From the IMG/VR virus record IMGVR_UViG_3300013497_000039, positions 49,946 through 69,945 of that record: a DNA stretch of 20,000 nucleotides; one strand, written 5' to 3'. Position 1 is the first letter of the stretch; every line of letters starts with the position of its first letter. Of the stretch, positions 8,707-16,041 are shown one piece after another. The notes under the pieces are model-generated. The model was not told the origin of the DNA, ran no database searches, and was given only the letters and a program-made list of their open reading frames with translations. The position numbers were made by a program, and so were the translations under genes. Origin of the DNA: an uncultured virus (IMG/VR IMGVR_UViG_3300013497_000039) (lineage: Duplodnaviria; Heunggongvirae; Uroviricota; Caudoviricetes).

Positions 8707-10077
8707 TTAAATCATGTCAAATAACGAAAACTGCCCTTCCATGTCATTTTTCTTTTTGTCCACTTTTTGATTATTAATAGAATCCTCCACCTTGGCGGCA
8801 GCTTTGATTTTATGCTGAGCAGGCTTCTGAACATTTTCTTTCTTGGCAGAATTATTGACGGCCTTTTCCGCAACTTCCTTTTCTACCTGTTCTTTATCAT
8901 CCAGCTGATAATATTCAAAAAACCAATTAAGCACCATATCCGAGGTTGCAGCAACAACAATCGGCTTCTCACCAGATCTTGCCATGTCCTTTTCATGCTG
9001 TGAGGGAGTGTTGATTTCCATAGCCTTCTTACCGGCATAACGGTAACAGCGTTCCCAACTCTTATGCTCCTGTAAAACAGCAGCATCAAAGGCCGGTGTC
9101 TCTTCACACTTTCTAATTAGCTCTCCAAAAACGGAATCTAACTGCTGACGATACATATCACGATATTCTGCATTTACCTTCTTAAGCTGCTCCGTTTTCT
9201 CAAATTCAAGCTTTTCTGCTCCGGTGCTGAATTGTTTTTTTACATTTTCATCCATAATTTCATTCTCCTTTTTAATCTCGAAAAAGAAATAGAACCTGTC
9301 TATTGATATCTCACTCTTTACTTTTTTTGATTCCGGCGGGAACATTACATGAATCATTCGGCGACCGGTCCATGCCTGGGAATTGTAAAAAGTGGTGTAC
9401 CAAAACTCCTGGCCATCCTGTTCTGCCGGCATCAAGGGATTTCCGAGTATTGGATTTGTAAGAGAATTCCCAATTACTATGTATCCCGGACACCCAAGCA
9501 AAGAGAGTTGAATGTAAGCCATCAAGCCAACCACCCGGTCTACGTCCTGGCCTATAAATAACACATGGTCATGATAGTAAACCTTTTGCCGGCGCATAGT
9601 ATTGGCAGCTGCTATCAGCATGGCGCCACCGCCTACACAAGGATCGCAGATTGATATCCACCCTTGCTTATCTATCTGCTCTTGGCAATTCCCCATGGTC
9701 ATTTCCGCCATGGCCCTGCTAACACTGTAAGGAGTAAAAAATTGACCTTTCCAATGATTCCCGAGTTGCAATTCCATGTAAAGCGAACCAAGGAAATCCT
9801 GATCCGGATTAACTTCCATTGCTTCAACAATGATTGCAAATAGCTGGGCCGGCTTCTCCACTCCACCAAGGCGCTTAATACATTCGGCATATTCCTTTTC
9901 CCTGTTTTCAAATTTATCCGGAGTTCTGTCTGTTACATTGCTTATAGTACAGGCTATTGCTGTTATTACGTCCGCCCATACTTGCCAGTCATTTCTCGAA
10001 TAACACAACTCATTGAAAATTTTTATAAATTCTCCCTTTTTACCCTGAGCCGAATAGGATCTTGCCTTTCTCGACAT
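8707..10077 (-). CDS. Truncated N6-adenine methyltransferase-like (SAM-binding) domain joined in frame to a PcfK/AcrIIA9-like domain
   Basis: Motifs X GQFFTP, I ICDPCVGGGAML, II GQDVD, III GNSL, but no NPPY; C-terminal 182 aa (HKSWERCYRY...VLNWFFEYY...EGQFSLFDMI) resemble PcfK-like proteins; internal AAGGAG RBS plus ATG at 9255. Confidence 0.75.
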   Translation of the reverse strand: MSRKARSYSAQGKKGEFIKIFNELCYSRNDWQVWADVITAIACTISNVTDRTPDKFENREKEYAECIKRLGGVEKPAQLFAIIVEAMEVNPDQDFLGSLYMELQLGNHWKGQFFTPYSVSRAMAEMTMGNCQEQIDKQGWISICDPCVGGGAMLIAAANTMRRQKVYYHDHVLFIGQDVDRVVGLMAYIQLSLLGCPGYIVIGNSLTNPILGNPLMPAEQDGQEFWYTTFYNSQAWTGRRMIHVMFPPESKKVKSEISIDRFYFFFEIKKENEIMDENVKKQFSTGAEKLEFEKTEQLKKVNAEYRDMYRQQLDSVFGELIRKCEETPAFDAAVLQEHKSWERCYRYAGKKAMEINTPSQHEKDMARSGEKPIVVAATSDMVLNWFFEYYQLDDKEQVEKEVAEKAVNNSAKKENVQKPAQHKIKAAAKVEDSINNQKVDKKKNDMEGQFSLFDMI

Positions 10078-10081
10078 TTCA

Positions 10082-10735
10082 TTACCCCTTCTTTGTTTCC
10101 CTGTCCGATACTTTTTCGGTCAAGGATTGTTTTAATTCCTCCAACAATTTATGTACCCGTTCCGGTGCTGCTCTAAAAATATCCGAAGATTCAATACGTT
10201 TTTCTTCTGTGCTTTCAATTCTTTGAACTGGAGGAGTGTTATCCTCTATCATTTTTTCTTTGTCATTTCTCACAAAACAGGGGAGCTGGGTTTGTTTTCT
10301 TTCCTCTTTAACCATGCCCTCATAAATTCTCTGAAAATGGGCCCTGTCAGCGACCGGGTTATCACTCTGGCATAAATTTAAAAATCCCATACGTCTCACA
10401 GCTACGGCAGTCAATTTGCTTAAAGAAGCTATTGCCTCCACTTCTCTATAGCTTCCGAATTTACGGATTGCCACCAATACCTCTTCCCAGGCTTCTCCCC
10501 AATCTGTAATCATTGGCGACAGGCGCGCCGAACACTTCTCCCTTATTTCTGCAATGCTTGGAGGGAATACTGATATGCTTATATGTTCCCATACCGCATT
10601 CTCAACTACACGATAATCCAAATCTGCCAAGGCCCGGTACCATGTTTTCATGGCATACTTATCCATAAGTGCATTTGAATTCGGATAGGCTGCTTTTATA
10701 GCCAAAGCAATTGTTTCAAACTCATTATCTGTCAA
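10082..10735 (-). CDS. Replicative helicase loader/inhibitor, SPP1 G39P-like
   Basis: MTDNEF...IKAAYP...TWYRALADLDY...FPPSIAEIRE N-terminal pattern; directly downstream of the initiator with ATGA overlap. Confidence 0.82.
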   Translation of the reverse strand: MTDNEFETIALAIKAAYPNSNALMDKYAMKTWYRALADLDYRVVENAVWEHISISVFPPSIAEIREKCSARLSPMITDWGEAWEEVLVAIRKFGSYREVEAIASLSKLTAVAVRRMGFLNLCQSDNPVADRAHFQRIYEGMVKEERKQTQLPCFVRNDKEKMIEDNTPPVQRIESTEEKRIESSDIFRAAPERVHKLLEELKQSLTEKVSDRETKKG

Positions 10736-11649
10736 TCATTCCACCCCCTGATTGATTCAGCATACTGTTCTGTTGTCATGCTCCGGAGCTTAGTTCCCAT
10801 TTGAGGTCCCCTAGTCTTTGCTCTACTCTGCATAATAAGCGTTTCAAATTTTTCCCGAAACTTTTTAGCACTCCTGATATTGGATTTCCAGAAAGTATCC
10901 GTCGTAGCATATGTAAGGGCCTCAATAATTTCAGCCTCATTCCTTTTATCCAAGCGTTTCATTCTTTCAATGTCTAAAGCCCATTTTTTCTTTTCAGGAG
11001 GTGTAGTGGGAACTTTAGAATTCGGGAAGGTCTCAATACAGGACTTAATAATCATATCCACGCATTGATATTCAAAATCGCCTATAGGGTTCTTATCAAC
11101 CTGAACCACTGGTTTCATAGAATCGTTGGCCAAAGGCTCAACAATTTCTTTTTCCTCTATCTCTGTCTCTTTATCTCTTTCTCTATCTCTAATCTCTGTC
11201 TGGAGTTTTTTTGGATATTCATTGGAATTTGATTGGAAATTTTCCAGCTTGTTATTATTGGAACTTGTTTGGAAATTCTCCAACTCTTCACCTTTTCTTT
11301 TATATTTAGCCCACTGACTTTCGGAGCCAACCATTTGTTGTAATCCTGGGAGAAATATCTCACCATTTTCAAGAATTTCAACCAACCCGATATTCTTTAA
11401 AAGCTCCATTGCAACAACAACTGTATCAAAATCTGTCTTAGTAATTTCTGATAATTTTTTCATATCGTACGGTACCAACATAGTACCTACAACTCGTATT
11501 AAAATACCGTCTGTTTTAAGAGATTTCAGGCAAAGTTTGAGATAAAATAGAGCATATTCTTTTCCTTTTGGCTGTTCTTCAATCCAACCAATTGCATCAT
11601 CATCAAAAAAATCTTCTTTCAATTTCAGCCAATAATACTTTTTTGCCAA
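10732..11649 (-). CDS. Phage replication initiator (replisome organiser N-terminal domain)
   Basis: KKYYWLKLKEDFFDD...YLKLCLKSL...G..E...GEIFL; charged EIRDRERDKETEIE linker; DnaD-like C-terminal FWKSNIRSAKKFREKF; TTG start with AAGGGAGG RBS. Confidence 0.9.
   Translation of the reverse strand: MAKKYYWLKLKEDFFDDDAIGWIEEQPKGKEYALFYLKLCLKSLKTDGILIRVVGTMLVPYDMKKLSEITKTDFDTVVVAMELLKNIGLVEILENGEIFLPGLQQMVGSESQWAKYKRKGEELENFQTSSNNNKLENFQSNSNEYPKKLQTEIRDRERDKETEIEEKEIVEPLANDSMKPVVQVDKNPIGDFEYQCVDMIIKSCIETFPNSKVPTTPPEKKKWALDIERMKRLDKRNEAEIIEALTYATTDTFWKSNIRSAKKFREKFETLIMQSRAKTRGPQMGTKLRSMTTEQYAESIRGWND
11155..11283. repeat. Putative phage replication origin: iteron-like TGGA repeats plus a TCTCT tract inside the initiator gene
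   Basis: TGGA at 11201, 11212, 11223, 11234 and at 11259, 11270 (11-bp period); near-palindromes TGGAAATTTTCCA and TTGGAAATTCTCCAA. Confidence 0.65.
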
Positions 11650-11667
11650 TCAGTAAACCTCCCTTAC

Positions 11668-11689
11668 CAGGAGGGAAGAATCCCTCCTG
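11668..11689. promoter_or_regulatory. GC-rich 9-bp hairpin between the sbcD-sbcC fusion and the initiator RBS
   Basis: CAGGAGGGA-agaa-TCCCTCCTG perfect inverted repeat; no U-tract in the operon direction. Confidence 0.5.
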
Positions 11690-11695
11690 AATGTT

Positions 11696-14600
11696 TTAAT
11701 AAATAACCTTACTTCCGTTTTCTGTCTTCACCACATCCAGATTCTGAGGGAAGCGGGCTTTCATAGTTGGGTCATGGGTGATAGCCATGATTTTTATATT
11801 TCCGTAACGATCCCTGATTGTTTCCAGTGCGTCACAGTATGCCTGAATACCGTCCTGATCCAAAAATGGAGGTTCATCAATAAATAACATGCCAAACTGA
11901 ATTCCAGCGGTAGAAGCCTTAATCTCGGCTAGGGCAAGGATAACTGACAGAGAGGCCTTCACCTTTTCCCCTCCGGATTTAGAGAGGTAAGGCAATGAAG
12001 ATTTTCCATATTCCTCGATGAAAATATCCAAAGTCACAACCTCTTTTTTGCTATTGCTCTTCATGGTCTTTTCTGTTACAAAATCAACTCCAAGCTGCCC
12101 GCCGGTCATTTGTCCTAAAATATTATTTGCGGTTGTAGAAAGCTTAGGTATTACAGTTCTGATAATCTGGTGCTGAATACCATCTTGAGAAAAGGCCACT
12201 TTTAAATCCTCATAATCAGCAGCGCCTACAGCCATATCGCTGATTTCCTTTTGAATATCCTCAATAACTTTCTCCATCCGTCTGATCTCTTCAATTTTCT
12301 GTTTCAACCCACCTATGGTCATTTGAAGGTTTTTGGATTCCTCCGAAAAATGGTCTATATCTGTTTGTATGAAACGGATCTGTTCTTCTAAAAAGTCAAT
12401 ACCAGAAGCTACATTTAATTCTTCTTGGGCTTGGTCCTGCCTTTCCTGTAATTCAATATTTATTTCTCCTAATTCCTTATCCAATTCACCCAACCGCATT
12501 TTAGCTGTATCTTTTCGCTCTTTTGCAACAGGTATCTGTCTTTCCTTTTCAAGCCATATTTTCAGCGATTCCATATCCTTTATGACCTGTTCATGTTTTG
12601 AAAAAGAGTCTTGATACTTGTCTCTCTCTCCCTCCACCTCTTTAGCCTTTAAAATCAGTGCAGCAAGTCTTTCTTCCGTTTGAGATAAGTTTGACTGCAG
12701 ATTTTCAATGGTTGCATTTATTAAGGCTATTTCGGTTATGAACTCCTGCATTGCTTTGTATCTGTTTTCATATATTTTAAGAGCTTCACATTCTCTCTGC
12801 AGTTCTTCCAGGGCAGATTGAGAAAATCCCAATTTGTCTCTTTCCGCTTCCGCTGCTCTTAACTGTTCTTCCCATTCTGGCACAACAGAGTTACGTTCAG
12901 TTTCTAAAGACACAAACTTTTCTGGATATTCCTTCAGGAGATTTTTAGCTTCTATGGCATCGGCTAAGAAACGGCACTTTGCATTTTCAATATCAATACA
13001 GTTTGAATCTTCCAATAAAGCGGTTTTTCTCTCCAGTGCCGCCTGCTCACTCTTCAAGGATCGCTCCATTTCGTTATAAAGCGCCCGCTTACTATCTAGG
13101 GAATATGCTTTTCTTTCCCTTAAATCTGCCAACCGAGTATACTCCTGAGAGGTTAAAAACATTTTGTCAAGTTGTTCTTTTTTCTCCAGATATTCGGCTG
13201 CTTTTTCCTTTACTAATTCCTGTTCTTCGGGATCCGCCTGACCTTTTAGTCTTTCAGTTTGGTCTTTCAGTTCTAATCGATATTTTTCAATATCCTGATT
13301 TACTCCTGCAATTTCAGCATTTATAGAAACAGCTTCCATAATCTTGGCCTTGTACATAGTTGCACCTTCAATTAGTTGCTTTTCTAATTCGACCAATTGC
13401 TTATATTTTTCTACATTACCGGATATCTCAACTTCCTCTGATAAAATTGCTTCACAGTCTTTAATGATATTGTCCTGTTGGGCTCTATTTTGCTCTGTAG
13501 CACGCTTTTTGTCCGTCAGGATAGTAATACTATCAATCAGTTTTGTATACCGTTCCTTGGCTGCTTTCTTGGCATTAAGAAGAGTTGAAGCACTTTCCTT
13601 TTCCAGATTTTTTGTAATTAGTTTCTGTTCTACTTCCTTTAATCCGGACTCTTCACGCTCCAATTCTTCAACCGGCTGACCAGCTAAAAGAATATTATCA
13701 GCCTGAACCTTGATACTCTGCTTTTTCCCGGCAATTATCCGATTAAGCTCAGCTGCCTTATCTTTTGAAATATTCTCCATTACTCCATAAATGCCAAGCC
13801 CTAGAAGATTACTGAGAACCACCATTCTTTCATCCTTTTTTGCCTGTAGGAAAAGTCCATACTGGTCTTGCATAATAAGAGCACAGGATTTAAAGGTCAT
13901 ACTATCCACGCCAATCAACTTTTCAATATCTTCCTGTGTATCATTAAATTTCTCTTGACTTCGGTCCTCCCATTCTCCAGCTACCAATTCCGCAAGATTA
14001 AGGGTTCCTTTTCCTGACTTTGCCCTTGTTCTGGTTATGCGGTATGTCTTTGTTCCAATCATAAAAGTAAAAGTTATATAACCTGAACGTACACTATCAT
14101 CGTTCCTCAGCCATGGTACCTTTACAGAGGTACTCTTGCCTTCCCTGGGTTCTTCAAAAATACAATCGATAATGGCATCCATGAATAATGAAGATTTTCC
14201 GGCTCCATTCTGGCCATTGATAGTACAAAATTGAATATCCTCAAAACTGAATCGTTCCTCTGCATACGCTCTGTAATTCTTAACCTCAATTTCTAAAGGT
14301 GTAAATACGCCGGAAAAAGCTGTAGCAGTATCACTTGCCATGGCCTCTGCAATTATAGGTCTGGCTTTTAAGACTAGTCTTTCAATCATTTCCGGATCGT
14401 ACTGCTTTTCTTCTAAATACATACGCAAATTTGCTTCCGGATCCGTTTCCTGGGACAGATCATTTCTATCTGCAGATGATTCTATCTTTTCAGGAGTAAT
14501 GCCCGATACATAGAAAGCACCATCTTCACAAAGCGTCTTTTCCAATAGTGCAGTATTGAAAGCCTTATGCTTTTCAGCGGAGCACTCATAGAGTATACGA

Positions 14601-15610
14601 ACAATTTTTCCCGTAACAGCTCCATTCCAACGCCAGTAATTCATTGCTACTTCATCTATTTGACCAAGATTAATAGCCGTAATATCTGTGTCAGTAAAAT
14701 GGATAGTTAAAAATTCTCTGTATGGTGTTTTGTAAAAGAAGCTCTGCAACTGGTAGCGATTAGGGTTATCAATCTTGTACACATACGGATCAGGTTCTTC
14801 TGTATAGTCGATATCATTATCAGATATATCATGAATCCAGAAACCTCTCTCCTGTCCCTCATCATTAAAATTATTGGCATTTATACTTCCTGAATAGAAA
14901 GCCCCTTTTACAGTATTCACTCCTTGCGGTCTATGAATATGCCCTAACGCAACCAGATCATAATCAGCAGCATCTAAACACTCTACTGACACAATTGGTT
15001 CAAACTGCGTGAGAAGTTGTGACTGGCCGCTTTCGGTATTACTTCCGGGAACTGTATAATGAGCCATTAAAACAGCAGGTTTCCCGCTGTCACACTGAGC
15101 ACGCAAGCCCATTACTATCTTTCCTAATTCCTGGGTAAACACCTCATTTTCCTCTTCCTTGCCAAGTCCTGGGAACTTAGCCCTGTAGGCTCCCCTATCA
15201 AAACCAGGAAGTACCGCAATATCAGCATGTTCCGTCTTTATTACTTCTGGTACGACAGCAATATGAATATTCTTAACATCTGCAAAGTGGGCTTGCAAAA
15301 CTTTAAACTGGCCGTCACCATCATGGTTTGGAGTTCCACGCATAACTATCACTTCATCAGAAGTTTTGGATAACCGTGTGATAATTTCAATAGCTGTAAT
15401 CACTTCATCACAACACCGGTCCGACCAGGTCTTTCCTGTATGAAAGATATCTCCAGACACCAAGACTAACTCCGGTCTTTCTTCCTCTGCTCTGGAAGCC
15501 ATAGCTTCCAAGCATTTCCTTGTATCCAAAGAGCGGAGATTTACTCCATTCACCTCTGGTCCTTTAAATGTTCCAATATGCCAATCCGCTGTATGTAATA
15601 TCTTCATCAT
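11696..15610 (-). CDS. SbcD-SbcC (Mre11-Rad50) single-chain fusion nuclease/ATPase
   Basis: N-terminal metallophosphoesterase (HTADWH, SGDIF, GTPNHD, MAH, ALGHIH, YSGS) followed by a Rad50/SbcC ATPase (Walker A GQNGAGKS, Q-loop IMQ, long coiled coil, signature SKSGGE, Walker B MLFIDE, H-switch ITH) in one 1304-aa frame. Confidence 0.92.
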   Translation of the reverse strand: MMKILHTADWHIGTFKGPEVNGVNLRSLDTRKCLEAMASRAEEERPELVLVSGDIFHTGKTWSDRCCDEVITAIEIITRLSKTSDEVIVMRGTPNHDGDGQFKVLQAHFADVKNIHIAVVPEVIKTEHADIAVLPGFDRGAYRAKFPGLGKEEENEVFTQELGKIVMGLRAQCDSGKPAVLMAHYTVPGSNTESGQSQLLTQFEPIVSVECLDAADYDLVALGHIHRPQGVNTVKGAFYSGSINANNFNDEGQERGFWIHDISDNDIDYTEEPDPYVYKIDNPNRYQLQSFFYKTPYREFLTIHFTDTDITAINLGQIDEVAMNYWRWNGAVTGKIVRILYECSAEKHKAFNTALLEKTLCEDGAFYVSGITPEKIESSADRNDLSQETDPEANLRMYLEEKQYDPEMIERLVLKARPIIAEAMASDTATAFSGVFTPLEIEVKNYRAYAEERFSFEDIQFCTINGQNGAGKSSLFMDAIIDCIFEEPREGKSTSVKVPWLRNDDSVRSGYITFTFMIGTKTYRITRTRAKSGKGTLNLAELVAGEWEDRSQEKFNDTQEDIEKLIGVDSMTFKSCALIMQDQYGLFLQAKKDERMVVLSNLLGLGIYGVMENISKDKAAELNRIIAGKKQSIKVQADNILLAGQPVEELEREESGLKEVEQKLITKNLEKESASTLLNAKKAAKERYTKLIDSITILTDKKRATEQNRAQQDNIIKDCEAILSEEVEISGNVEKYKQLVELEKQLIEGATMYKAKIMEAVSINAEIAGVNQDIEKYRLELKDQTERLKGQADPEEQELVKEKAAEYLEKKEQLDKMFLTSQEYTRLADLRERKAYSLDSKRALYNEMERSLKSEQAALERKTALLEDSNCIDIENAKCRFLADAIEAKNLLKEYPEKFVSLETERNSVVPEWEEQLRAAEAERDKLGFSQSALEELQRECEALKIYENRYKAMQEFITEIALINATIENLQSNLSQTEERLAALILKAKEVEGERDKYQDSFSKHEQVIKDMESLKIWLEKERQIPVAKERKDTAKMRLGELDKELGEINIELQERQDQAQEELNVASGIDFLEEQIRFIQTDIDHFSEESKNLQMTIGGLKQKIEEIRRMEKVIEDIQKEISDMAVGAADYEDLKVAFSQDGIQHQIIRTVIPKLSTTANNILGQMTGGQLGVDFVTEKTMKSNSKKEVVTLDIFIEEYGKSSLPYLSKSGGEKVKASLSVILALAEIKASTAGIQFGMLFIDEPPFLDQDGIQAYCDALETIRDRYGNIKIMAITHDPTMKARFPQNLDVVKTENGSKVIY

Positions 15611-16041
15611 TTGTCCCCCGCTTTCTTTACTCTTTTTACCAAAGAATCAAGTTTTGAATATAATTCCGCAAATTCTTTGTCTGCAATTCCGCAAAAAGAA
15701 ACTCCGGAACCTTCCCATTTTTTACCTACGAACAAAACATTTCCCATAATAGGGTAGCCATGCCTATCACTTTCATAGAGATAGCTCGCTACTGTATTCA
15801 GGGAATTTTCCTTTAATCCCCCTTCCTCATCCACCAACATAGCAACTGCTTCTCCATCAATATTGGTTACATTTGCCACTGCACCTAATTCTGTATAAAG
15901 CCTTCTTGGCATTACGTGCTCATAAAGAGAACAGTAATTTCCAATCATTTCATATAAAGCGTGATTTTCCTCATTAATGATTCCAGTTGGAAATGGATAA
16001 ACCGAAATCTCATTGTCAACCGAAATTTTTATTATTTTCAT
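15607..16041 (-). CDS. DUF3846-like protein (start corrected to ATG 16041)
   Basis: LYEMIG...AMLVDEEGGLKENSLNTVAS...PIMGNVLFVG pattern; ATGA overlap with the upstream stop. Confidence 0.75.
   Translation of the reverse strand: MKIIKISVDNEISVYPFPTGIINEENHALYEMIGNYCSLYEHVMPRRLYTELGAVANVTNIDGEAVAMLVDEEGGLKENSLNTVASYLYESDRHGYPIMGNVLFVGKKWEGSGVSFCGIADKEFAELYSKLDSLVKRVKKAGDK

Noticed and set aside
8707..10077. Functional restriction-modification system or proven anti-CRISPR
   Set aside because: No motif IV, HsdS or HsdR is present, and PcfK/AcrIIA9 resemblance by eye does not establish Cas9 inhibition
11155..11283. CRISPR array or microsatellite reading of the repeats
   Set aside because: Repeat cores are only 4-6 bp with an 11-bp period inside a CDS and there are no spacers; this fits iterons and the charged linker of phage initiators
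11696..15610. SMC-type defence system (Wadjet/Lamassu)
   Set aside because: No kleisin, KITE or effector partners; it sits in the phage recombination slot next to an SSAP-like gene and carries an Mre11-type nuclease
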